Origin: the human T2T-CHM13v2.0 reference genome, Homo sapiens
Assembly (NCBI RefSeq): GCF_009914755.1
Contig: NC_060934.1
Direction: 5' to 3' (one strand)
Length of the DNA stretch: 64,000 nucleotides
Below the pieces are notes generated by a model. The model had not been told where the DNA came from. It saw only the letters and a program-made list of their open reading frames with translations, and ran no database searches. This document shows, piece after piece, positions 24,078 through 49,965 of this stretch. Position numbers and translations under genes: made by a program. The stretch's first letter is position 1, and the number at the start of each line of letters is the position of its first letter.

Positions 24078-24462
24078 TGATCTTGGCTCACTGCAACCTC
24101 CACCTCACAGGTTCAAGCAATTCTCATGCCTCAGCCTCCCAAGTAGCTGGGACTACAGGTGCACATCACCACTCACAGCTAATTTTTGCATTTTTTGATA
24201 GAGATGGGGTTTCTCCGTGTTGGCCAGGCTGGTTTCAAGTGATCGCCCACCTCAGCCTCCCAAAGTGCTGGCATTACAGGTGTGAGCCACCACACACGGC
24301 CTGGTATTATTTCAAAATTCAAAATTATCAGGCTTAAAAAATGAGACAGCTCATCAGTACTGATATGGAATAATCTCCAAAATACATTGTTGAGTGAAAA
24401 TGCAAGAGGAAAAGCTACGTGTGGCAGGATATTATCCTTTGTACAAAAAGGAGTGATATGTG

Positions 24463-24790
24463 CACACAACACATACACACACACACACATACATACACAT
24501 ACATACACACAACACATAGACACACACACATACACACACATACACACAACACACACACACATACACACACATACACACAACACATACACACACATACACA
24601 CACATACACATACATACACACACATACACATACATACACACAACACATAGACACACACACATACACACACATACACACAACACATACACACACATACACA
24701 CAACACATACACACACACATACACACACATACACATACATACACACATACACACACACATACACATACACACATATACATGCTCACAGAC
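24463..24790. repeat. Complex (CA)/(CATA) low-complexity tract, ~330 bp, within an old L1ME 3' fragment
   Basis: Read directly; recurring sub-units such as cacaacacatagacacacacacatacacacacatacacacaacac. Confidence 0.95.
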
Positions 24791-24887
24791 ACATGAGTGA
24801 ATCTACATGGAATATCCCTTGAATAAAATGCAAGCAATTGGTTATGGTGATCGCCACTGGGGCAGGGAACTAGGAACTTGATAGTAA

Positions 24888-25213
<326 letters not shown>

Positions 25214-25779
25214 TGATCCACCTGCCTCAGACTTCCAAAGTGCTGGGATTACAGGCATAAGCCACTGCACCCAGCCTCTTTGTCCTTTTTTTTTTTCATT
25301 CAAGACATAGTCTCACTTTGTCACCTAGGCTGGAGTGCAATGGCCTTGGCTCACTGCAATGTCCGCCTCCTGGGTTGAAGCGATTCTCCTGCCTCAGCCT
25401 CCCGAGTAGCTAGGACTACAGGCGTGTGCCACCATGCCCGGCTAATTTTTTATATTTTTAGTAGAGACGGGTTTCACCATATTGACCAGGCTGGTCTCAA
25501 ACTCCTGACCTCATGATCCACTCGCCTCAGCCCACCAAAGTGCTGGGATTACAGGCGTGAGCCACCGCGCCTGGCCTCCTTGTGCTTTTAAATCTTGCTG
25601 GTGATCAGTTCATAGGGCAGCTCCCAGTTTAAAAAATAAATAAATAAATCTTGCTGGTGGGAGTGAAGACTTTTTGAAAGACGTTTGATGGCTGGTATTA
25701 AAATTATCAAAAATTTGGCTGGGCACGGTGGCTAACGCTTGTAATCCCAGCACTTTGGGAGGCCAAGGCTGGTGGATCA

Positions 25780-26229
<450 letters not shown>

Positions 26230-27225
26230 TTATGAAGAGGTAGGCAAATCTTCTCTCCCAAAAAGATCAGAACAAAATTATCAAAAACAACCATTTGAGG
26301 GCCCTGGAGATCAACCAAAGGCAAACAACACATTGAGAGACATTCATGCCAGGCACAGTGGCTCATGGCTGTAAGCCCAGCACTTCGGGAGGCTGAGGCA
26401 GGTGGATCACTTTAGGTCAGGAGTTCGACACCAGCCTGGCCAACATGGTGAAACCCTGTATCTACTAAAAATACAAAAATTAGCCAGGCGTGGTGATAGG
26501 TGCCTGTGATCCCAGCTACTTGGGAGGCTGAGGCAGGAGACTCGCTGGAACCTGGGAGTGAGCCGAGATCACACCACTGCACTCCAGCCTGGGCAACACA
26601 GTGAGATTCCATTTCAAAAAAAAAGAAAAAGAAAAGAAAAGAGGCATTCAGGAAGAACTACTGGAACCTTAGGTAGGAATAGGAGTCCGCAGTCTTTTGC
26701 AGAAGACCTGCTTCCATCAGCTCCCTGCCAAGCTGGACAGCTGCAGTCACTGCACCATGGCAGGCCAGGACTAGAAAAGCTGCTTGGCTGCAAGAAAGAG
26801 CACACTTGGTTTGGAACAGAGAGGAAAAGTCATGCTTGACAGCATTGTCAGTGAAGCAGCAACCTCAGTAGAAAACGAACATGGGAACCTGCGGCTCTGC
26901 TAGCCTGAGCCTGTGGCTCCAGTTGGGGTGAGTGGCCAGAATTTCAATAGGAAGACTCTGGAAATGATAGAGCAAGAGAAGGCCTAACTAAGCTCTCCAG
27001 CTGTGTCTGGGTGACTGGGAAACTACACACACATGCAGGGAGAAACAAGTGGGCCTGGAGAAACGTGAAATCAGAGGCAGGCTAGAGAACGGCCTGAACT
27101 TTGGATGCCCTGCCCATCACACACAGCCCCGTCAGTGAAAGATGAGGTCTTATGGGCTCAACTTCTGCCTTAATCAATGGCTGACCACTAAGCAATGCAG
27201 ACACAGGGGTGTCTCTTAGAAGTCA

Positions 27226-27551
<326 letters not shown>

Positions 27552-28368
27552 CTAAGAATAAAAAGCTGAACAGAGGGTGTCAGGTTTCTGGTCTGGCACG
27601 CAAGGAGCTCGGCAGTCGCCACTCTATACTAACAACAAGTAAAAAGCTGAACAAACTGAAAAATCAACTCTTCTTAGATGCATAAGAGAAGTGAGGTCAC
27701 AGGGCAAATCGCTGCCCCCACACTTGGAGAGATGGGCAGGCGAATACAGAGAATCACAACTTACCGGAGCAGCAACCCATGAGCTGAAATGGCCACAGGA
27801 ACCAGCACCCAGGAAGGGAAACCTAAATTGTAAGTAATGAGCTGCGGGATGGTCAGTGTGCAGGAGCCTGAAAGTCAAAACCTCCAGGGGGCCGGGCACG
27901 GTCGTTCACGCCTATAATCCCAACACTTTGGGAGGCCAAGGTAGGAGGATCACTTGAGCCCAGGAGTAGAAGTTTGAGACCAAGCTGGGCAACATAGCAA
28001 GACCTTGTCTCTACTGAAAATTAAACTAGCCAGGAGTGGTGGCACGTGCCTGTAGTCCTAGCTACTGAGGAGGGAGGTGGAGGCTGAGGATTGCTGGAGC
28101 CCAGGAGTTTGAGGTTGCAGTGAGCTATGATCGCATCGCAGCACTCCAGCCTGGGCAGCAGAGCAAGACCCTGTCTCTGAAAAACAAACAAACAAATAAA
28201 ACACAAAAAAATCCCAAAAACTCCAGTGGGTTCCAGTCATGGAGTGGGGGCTCCCTTATTTTTGTGAGTTTTACCTCTGGGAGCTCAACCAGGTTCTACA
28301 GTAAATATTAGAGAAAAATCCCCTCATGCTTCCTGCAGGGGGAGGGGGAAAGGAACCATTTTGAAACA

Positions 28369-29147
<779 letters not shown>

Positions 29148-29546
29148 AACAGAGCATTTGGTTTTTCTTAACGAGGTCTACCCTTAGGGGAAACTAATTA
29201 ACTAGGGTCTAACCTGCTGGGGTTTTATCAGAGCCTGACTGACCTGGGAAAAGAGTAAATATCCAACTTGCTGGCTCTAGCCTTCAACACGGAGCATGGG
29301 AAATACCCAACCCCAGCCCATTCTAGCCAGCCTGTCTCACTAAATGGGAAGGCAGGTGAACCAAGAAACATGTGTAAAGTTCACAGGCCAGAGGCACAGG
29401 CTCACTGCAAGGCTGACACCTAATCATGGGAACATAGAATACTCCCCCTCCCCCACACCTCACCACCACATCACTCAAGGCCGATGTACAGCTGTTCCTT
29501 TTACCCAGTATATCATGTTTGGCTAGCAAGAAAAAAATCACAAGAG

Positions 29547-29956
<410 letters not shown>

Positions 29957-30615
29957 TCAGACTAGGAATTTAAAACAACTCTGATTAATATTCTAAGGGA
30001 TCCAATGGATAAAGTAGACAGGCATGCAAGAGCAGGTGTGCAATGTAGGCAGAGAAATGGAAATTCTAAGAAATGATCAAAAATAAATGCTATGTAACAG
30101 AAATGAAGAACGCCTTTAATGGACTTATTAGTAAACTAGACACAGCTGAGGAATCTCTGCATTTGAGGATAGCTCAGTAAAAAATCCCCAAAGTTGAAAA
30201 GCAAAGAGAAAAAAGACTAAAAAGCCAACCCCAGAATATTCAAGAACTGTGGGAGAATTATACACATAATGGGAATACCAGGGGAAAAAAAGAGAAAAAT
30301 GATCAGAAGAAATATTTGAAACAATAATTACTGGGAATTTCCCAAATTAATGTTAGATTCAAAACCACAGATCTAGGAAGCTCAGAGAACACAAGCAGGA
30401 TAAATGCCAGAAAAACTATACTGAGGCATATCATTGCCAAATGACAGAAAATCAAAGATAAAGAGAAATACTAGCAGGTGTGGTGGCTCACACCTGTAAT
30501 CCCAGCTACTTGGGAGGCTGAGTGGGGAGAATTGCTTGAGCCCAGGAGTTTGAGACCAGCCTGGGCAACACAGTGAGATCCTATCTCAAAGAAAAAGAAA
30601 AAAGAAAAATACTGA

Positions 30616-31060
<445 letters not shown>

Positions 31061-31120
31061 TTACAATTCTGTATTCTGTGAAATAATCCTTAAAGCAAAG
31101 GAGAAATAAAGAATTTCTCA

Positions 31121-31570
<450 letters not shown>

Positions 31571-32170
31571 TCACAAGAATAAAAGGGTGAATTGTCTGGG
31601 CACAGTGGCTCACTCCTGTAATCTCAGCACTTTGGGAAGCTGAGGTGGGAGGATTGCTTCAGACCAGGAATTCAAAACCAGGCTGGCCAACATAGCGAGA
31701 CCCCATCTCTATTGAAAAAAAAGAAAAAGAATATTTAAAAGGGTCAATATGTGAAGTTGTAACAATTATAATTATATATGTATCAATCAATAGATAATCA
31801 AAATATATGAAAAAAATAAGAGTTAAAATGAGAAATAGAACTCAACGAAAATAAGTAGAGATACACATCCTCCTATTTGACCTAACTCATCATTATAGAG
31901 CACTCCACTCAATGGTAGCAGAATATACATTCTTTTCAGGCCCACTTAGAACATTCTCTAGGATAAAAAGCAAGTCTCAATAACTATAAAAGGGTGGAAA
32001 TCACACAAAGTGTGTTTACTGGCCATAATGAAATTATATGAAAAATCAAAAATGGGCCAGGCACAGTGGCTCACGCCTGTAATCCTAGCACTTTGGGAGG
32101 CCGAGGCGGGTGGATCACGAGGTCAGGAGATCAAGAACATCCTGGCTAACATGGTGAAACCCCCTCTCTA

Positions 32171-32479
<309 letters not shown>

Positions 32480-32918
32480 TCATGACTTACTGCAGCCTCA
32501 GCCTCCTGAGCTCAAGCAATCCTCCTGCCTCAGTCTCCCAAGTAGCTGGGACTATAGGCATGTGTCACCAGCTAATTTTTAAAATTTTTTTAGAGACAGA
32601 TAACAACATACTTTTAAATAACCCCAGGTTTAAAGAAGAAATCACAAGAGAAAAGTTTTCTGAAAGGTCACTGTATAGCAGTCTTGTAGTCTTAACAAGG
32701 TTAAGTAACTCCTCTTGGCTGGTAAGCAGCTGATCTGGGACTCACACAGAGGTCTGCCCAGCCCAGTGAATAACACTTTGAACACTTACTTCCCTGCAGC
32801 TATGAACTGAATGTTCATGTTCCCCCAAAATTCTGAGGATGGCCTCCTGATCCCCAGTGTGATGGTATTAGAAGGTGGGGGCCTTTGGGAAGTAATTAGG
32901 TCATGAGGGTGGAGCCCT

Positions 32919-33938
<1,020 letters not shown>

Positions 33939-34020
33939 CCCTCATGAATGGGATCAGTGCCCTTGTGAGAAGAGTCACAGAAGTTGCTTCCTCTCTCTGC
34001 TCTCCACCATGTGACGATAC

Positions 34021-34979
<959 letters not shown>

Positions 34980-35135
34980 GTACAATGAGAAGATGGTCAC
35001 CTGCACACCAGAAAGCGGATACTCTGCAGACACCAGATCTGCTGCCACCTTGATCTTGGACTTACCAGGCTCATGCTTGTAATCCCAGCACTTTGGGAGT
35101 CTGAGGCAGGAGAATTGCTTGAGCCCAGGAGTTCA

Positions 35136-35479
<344 letters not shown>

Positions 35480-35929
35480 CTATTCCCACTAATTGGCTCA
35501 TTAATGAGACACACAAAAAAACACAGACACACAAAAATACATGTGAGGGGCTCAGGAAGCTCTGCTTTCTATAGAAATTCATTGATTCCCCCAAGAAGAA
35601 AGCTGGAGGTGACAGAAAAGAATGTAACTTCATATTTAATTTAATGTTCCAATTCACAATTCATAATATTATTCCATTAGAGCCTATCCTTCAAAATGTC
35701 TCATATCCAGGAATGAATTATTATTTAACTAGGTGTTCAAACCACACTTCGGAAGGATCCATTCATAATACATCACAATATTCTCAAAACCAGAATGTGG
35801 GTCATTGGGTATTTTCTTTGTACTGCTTTTCACTGCAGCAGTGAAAGCCCACGTGCTAAGTGTTGGCATGAAATGTCCTCTGCCAGAAAGAGCCACAGCC
35901 TACACTGGGCCCATTTACGGTGTCAGGAC

Positions 35930-36215
35930 TTAGAGATCTGCACTCCAACCTCTTGATTTTCAGAGGAGGAAACAAGCTCAGCAAGTGAAATGGATATATG
36001 TACAACAGGAGGCAGTTTTCTGCCTGCTTACGAGCCCAGCTCTGCTGCTGTGTCCCTGTGCAGCAAATCCCTTAGCCTCCCTGTTTCCTCTCTGTGAAAT
36101 GAGGATGATGAAATCTACCTTGTAGGGCCATCATGAGGAGATGGAGATGATGTATGGAAAGTGCTTGGAAGAGGGCCTGGCCTATGTAAGTGATTAGTTA
36201 AGTGTTGTTATTAGC
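35930..36215. mobile_element. MIR fragments
   Basis: ttttcagaggaggaaacaagctcag and ctgtttcctctctgtgaaatgaggatgatg...aaagtgcttgg. Confidence 0.7.
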
Positions 36216-36289
36216 GTGCGGCAGACATGATATTAGGGCTTTGATTCCTGGATTCCCAATCCAGCATCCCGAGCTCTTTCTCTTCCCCT

Positions 36290-36630
36290 GTGCATCCCAG
36301 CTTGTTCTTCCCATCCTTCCTCACCTCAGTTCATCTTCACCCTTCCGGTTGCTCAGTCCCTAAATCTTGAAGCTTTTTCTTTTGCTCCTCACATCTAATC
36401 CATCAGCAAATGCTGCTGCCTCTACCCTCAATATACACGTGGAATCCAACCCCATGTCAACACACTGCAGGCTCCTGTCTGGCTCCAGCCACAGTCTAAA
36501 CCCCTCTCATCTTTCACCTCCCACCCAGCCTCCTGTTCTGCCTGGGCTGCCTCGCAGTCTCTTTTTCACTCAGCAGCCACAGTGATCCTACTAAAATGTG
36601 CAATCCCTTTCTGCTCCTCTTTAAAGCTCT
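36290..36630 (+). mobile_element. L2 fragment
   Basis: ccttccggttgctcag...cacatctaatccatcagcaaat...ctctaccctcaa...cagcagccacagtgatcc. Confidence 0.7.
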
Positions 36631-37217
36631 CTAATGAAAAGTTTGGCAGTTCTTAAACCTTCAGCCAGGGCAGATCCTGCAGCAATCGTGGTATCCTGAC
36701 CCAAGAGGGCTGGGAGAGACTGAAATTTACAAGGAGGAAGTTGGATTTGGGAGCCGAGCTTCCAGAGGCGCAGGCTGCTTCCAGGGCCCTTGGAGCAGCA
36801 TGGGTCTCTAGCAGGCCTCCCGAGGAAGAGAGTAGAAGCATGGCCCAGGTTCCCAGGCTGAGGGTGAGATCAGGGCTTACCTTTCTCCTCAGCATCTGCT
36901 CCTGGGAGTCCAGTATCCTCCCCAGGGGCCACCCTTGTCTCCCTACCCCCAAGGGAAAGAGAAAGGGAAACTGGCCTCATGACAGCCTACAAGGCAGCAG
37001 CTGAATCAAAGCCCTTGGCATAAGGTTGCATGGTAAGGACTGGCTCCTCCTGCACCAAGTGCAGGTGAGAGGAGAGCAACAGCAGCATCGGGAAGAACAC
37101 AGCTTGAGCCACAGAGCACAGACAGCCCAGAACCTTCATCTCAAGGCTGGCAGGGGCGCAGTAACCTTGGAGCTGGGGGAGAGATGGTGTCCGGAATACA
37201 GGGAAGAAGAATATTAA

Positions 37218-37480
<263 letters not shown>

Positions 37481-37838
37481 TAACTTGTGATCAACCTGCC
37501 TCAGCCTCCCAAAGTGCTGGGATTACAGGCATAAGCCACCTCACCTGGCCCAGAACTAAGAATTTTAGATGTTTTTTCTAACTTCTCTAAGGATGTGATG
37601 GATTTTGTGACCAGGTTCTCCTCATGTTTCAGTTAGTTATTGCAATATAATAAATCACCTCAAAATTCAGTGGCTTAGGCCAGGCACGGTGGCTCATATC
37701 TGTAATCCCATCTCTTTGGGAGGCTGAGGCAAGACATCACTTGAGCCCAGGAGTTCAAGACCAGCCTAGGCAACATAATGAAACCCTTTCTCTACAAAAA
37801 ATAAAAAACCTTCCTCATTTCACAGACAGGCAAACTGA

Positions 37839-38159
<321 letters not shown>

Positions 38160-38622
38160 TGATCCCCCGCCTCAACCTCCCAAAGTGCTGGGATTACAGG
38201 CGTGAGCCACCGCACCTGGCCGGTATCAGGTTCTTATTATTACCTGGAGGTTCCTCTGTGCTGCCTCTCTAAACTAGAGATCTCATTCAAGCCCAGGAAT
38301 GGCTCACAGGAGACTGAGCCAAGAGGTCAGCACTTCCTGATCTGCTCTTGCCAAATGACAGGGTAGCTTGGTGCACAGAGCTGTGCTGGGGAAGGCAGGC
38401 CTCCTCACCAGTGAAGGCTGTGGGCACTTAGATATGGAGGAGAGAAGGAGCTAGGTGTAAGTTTGGGTTTTGCCCCCTCCTTGCTCTCTTGCTGAAAGCA
38501 AATGCTACCTAACTCAGATCTCAGAGATGCTTCCTATAGGAGGGACAGTAAATACATGCAGTTGGATTTTACAACAGGTCAAGACAAAGTCTGGAGGGGA
38601 TGGGAGCCTCATACAGTACCTG

Positions 38623-39964
38623 TGTAACCACCTGAGGGGTTCACCTCGCCCGCTATCTAGCCAGAGCCAATTCATCAAGACAGGGGAAGTGCAATAGAGA
38701 AAGAGTAATTCATGCAGAGCTGGCTGTGCCCCCTACAGTTTTATTATTACTCAGTCAGTCTCCCCAGGCATTTGGGGAACAAAGGTTTTTTTGTTTTTTT
38801 TTTCTTTTTTTGAGACAAAGTCTTGCTCTATCGCCCAGGCTGGAGTTGCAGTGGTGCAATCTCTGCTCACTGCAATCTCTGCCTCCCGCCTCCCAGGTTC
38901 AAGGGATTCTCCTGCCTCAGCCTCTGGAGTAACTGGGATTACACACATGTGCCTCCATGCCTGGCTAATTTTGGAGACAGGGTTTCGTCATGTTGGCCAG
39001 GCTGGTCTCAAACTCCTGACCTCAAGTGATTTGCCCGCCTTGGCCTCCCAAAGCTACAAGCATGAGCCACCACACCTGGTGGGGATCAGAGTTTTTAAGG
39101 GTAATTTGGTGGGTGGGGGGCCAGGGAGTTGGGAGTGTTGGCTGGTCAGGTCAGAGACGAAATCATAGGGAGTCGAAGCTGTACTCTTGCGCTGAGTCAG
39201 TTCCTGGGTGGGGATCACAAGATCAGATGAGCCAGTTTATGGGTCTGGGTGGTGTCAGCTGATCCATTAAGTGCAGGATCTGCAGAATATCTCAAGCACT
39301 GATCTTGGGCTTTACAACAGTGATGTTGTCCCCAGGAGCAATTTGAGGAGGGTCAGAATTTCATAGCCTCCAGCTGCATGACTCCTAGACCACAATTTTA
39401 AATCTTGTGGCTAATTGATTAGTTCTGCAAAGGCAGTCTAGTCCCTAAGGCAAGAAGGGGTTTTGTTTTGGGAGAGGGCTGTTATTGTCTTTGGTTTTTT
39501 GTTTGCTTGTTTTTTTTTTTTTTTGTTTTTTTTTTTTTTGAGATGGTATCTCACTCTGTCACCTAGGCTGGAGTGCAGTGGTGTGATCTTGGCTCACTGC
39601 AACCTTCACCTCCTGGTTCCGAGCTATCCGCCGCCTCAGCCTCTCAAGTAGCTGAGATTACAGGCACCTGCCACCACACCTGTCTAATTTTTGTATTGGG
39701 TTCTCCATGTTGGCCAGGCTGGTCTCAAACTCCTGACTTCAAGTGATCTGCCTGCCTCAGCCTTCCAAATTGCTGGGATTATAGGCATGAGCCACCGCAC
39801 CCGGCTCAAATCTGTTTTAAACTATAAACTAAGTTCCTCCCAAAATTAGTTCAGCCTATGCCTAGGAATGAACAAGGACAGGTTGGAGGTTAGAAGCAAG
39901 GTGATGTTGGTTAGGTCAGATTATCTTTCACTGTCTCGGTTATAATTTTGCAATGGCAGTTTCA
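38623..39964 (-). mobile_element. LTR8/LTR8A solo LTR with two Alus
   Basis: tgtaaccacctgaggggttcacctcgccc...agagaaagagtaattcatgcagagctggctgtg...ttagaagcaag...tataattttgcaatggcagtttca; antisense counterpart of the 32919 element; no clean TSD. Confidence 0.82.
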
Positions 39965-40118
39965 GTATAATTGAGCTAAGAGATAATATCATCTCTTGCT
40001 CTGAACCTTTCATGAGGTACCAGTGTAACAGTATGTTTAATATTGGAGTTCCCTCATTGCATAACTCTCTTAGTAATTCCTTTACCGCCAGCTGGCAGTC
40101 CTTCTCTCCATTTATACC

Positions 40119-43075
<2,957 letters not shown>

Positions 43076-43181
43076 TGTTTTCGTTTTTGTTTTGAGATAG
43101 AGTTTCGCTCTTGTTGCCCAGGCTAGAGTGCAATGGCGCAGTCTCGGCTCACCACAACCTCCGCCTCCTGGGTTGAAGTGA

Positions 43182-47500
<4,319 letters not shown>

Positions 47501-47502
47501 TG

Positions 47503-48085
47503 TCTTTACACTATCTGAAGTGAGCCAGACTTCAAGGTTTGAGAGCACAGTCTCCCAGACTGCAAAGTTTGCCCAAGCCTCTGATACTCCCTGCAAGGAG
47601 GTCCCACAAGGTTAGGGGGCATGGTTTTAGGACTTCTGTCACCTCTGACCTAACTGCAAGTTCAGGAAGTTTCCAAAACGACCTTCAGGTTCAAAAATTC
47701 ACTAAAAAGAATCACAGAACTCTTTGAAAGCTGTTATACTCACAGTTACAGTTTATTTCAGGGAAAGGATAGAGATCAAAATTAGCCAAAGAAAGAGATT
47801 GATAGAGCAGAGTCTGAGAGGGTTCCAAATGTGAAGCCTCTGGGGTCCTCAGAATGCATTACCCTGCTGATTTGGATGTGTGAGACAACACATATAGAGT
47901 ACTGCCAATCAGGGACACTCACCTGAGCTTCAGCATCCAGAGTTTTTACTGGGGCTTCATTACATGATAGACTTATTGTCCATGTGGTTGAACTCAGTCT
48001 CCAGCCCCCACCCCACTCTCTGGAGGTCAGGCTGATATCACCTGGCCTAAGGGGCCTACCACGAGTCACCTTGTTAGCATAAACT
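47503..48085 (-). mobile_element. MER21/MER77/MER68-group LTR; probable 5' LTR of the adjacent class III internal region
   Basis: gctgttatactcacagttacagtttatt...agagcagagtctgagagggttccaaatgtgaagc...ccagagtttttactggggcttcattac...gagtcaccttgttagcataaac; abuts the internal sequence in the same orientation. Confidence 0.7.
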
Positions 48086-48124
48086 GTCAAATGGTTGTTC
48101 AGCCACACCCTTAATATATTTATA

Positions 48125-48920
<796 letters not shown>

Positions 48921-48979
48921 CTTTAAACATCATGTAGGGGCATCTGGGTTCTCCCCACTGAGGTGCCAGTGACGGGTCC

Positions 48980-49530
48980 AGTACCTGGATGTCCCTATCC
49001 TATGCTGAAGGAGAGGTACACCAGGCACAGTGGATTATTCACTTAAAAAGAGTAGAAAATGTGCTTTCTCAACTCATAGCTGCAAACTCTACATTGAAAG
49101 ATGCTGAGACTGACATAGCAGCTCATGGAAAAAGGGAATCTATGCAAATGAAACTGGGCAAAACTTTAAATGAGAAAATATGATGAAAGCTATCTTCCCC
49201 TCAGTGTCGCAGATGGTAATAATGAAGCTCATTGTGTCGTACACAACAGAACATACTTATACACTATCATAATGCCAGCTAAGTTGTGGCATCATTTTGA
49301 AACCAATCATTTAGAGTTTAAAGAAAAAAATGAAATATTTTAAGTGTAGATATTGTGGGCTCTTTAAAAGCCAAACATTTTTATACCTTTTCTCGAACTC
49401 CCGAGCTCAGGTGATTTGCCCACCTCGGCCTCCCAAAGTGCTGGAATTACAGGCGTGAGCCACCACACCCAGCCTGTTATCTTTTCAAACTAGAAAAGGC
49501 CATTGAAGCATCCTAGAGGTTTTAATTTCT
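48980..49530 (+). mobile_element. hAT Charlie/Buster transposase fossil (N-terminal zinc-finger region), split by an Alu fragment at ~49388-49474
   Basis: Frame from 49173 reads RKYDESYLPLSVADGNNEAHCVVHNRTYLYTIIMPAKLWHHFETNHLEFKEKK, matching the Buster/ZBED5 pattern RKY..SY...GF...C.IC...L...MKP.KL.RH..T.H; after the Alu comes EKAIEAS (cf. KALEASY). The left boundary is uncertain. Confidence 0.72.
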
Positions 49531-49965
49531 AATAAGGTAAATATTCATAACTGTAACCCATATCAATAAAAAATCCTCTTTGTGGTCCTCAATATATTTT
49601 CTTTAAGAGTAAAGAGTTCTTGAGACCAAAGCATGAGAAAGCCACATAGATTATCCTCAGCCTTGTTACTAGGCTTAGTTCTTCCTCATAAGGAACTGCT
49701 GCTTTGGAATTCCAAGCACGTATGTAAGTCCCTGGCTTGGCTGAGGTTACTGGTTCTTCTTGTTCTTTTTTCTCTTATTTTTCTAATTTTTAAGTTCTTT
49801 TTTACTCAGCATTTCCTTTTCAGTTTGTTGCTTTTGCTTATTTGATTTTTGTCCAGTATTGTGTTTTGATTCCATTATAGAAATCCGTTCTTCAGGTAAA
49901 CTATGCAAGTGATTTTCTTTTCAGGTGATTTGGACCAAGCTTCTCACCAGCTTTTCCCAAAATTA

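Noticed and set aside
24179-24837. His/Thr-rich and Cys/Val-rich ORFs of up to 197 aa
   Set aside because: Translations of the CA/TA simple repeat.
48989-49183. 64-aa ORF MSLSYAEGEV...
   Set aside because: No recognisable homology; it lies at the edge of a Charlie transposon fossil whose meaningful frame is different.
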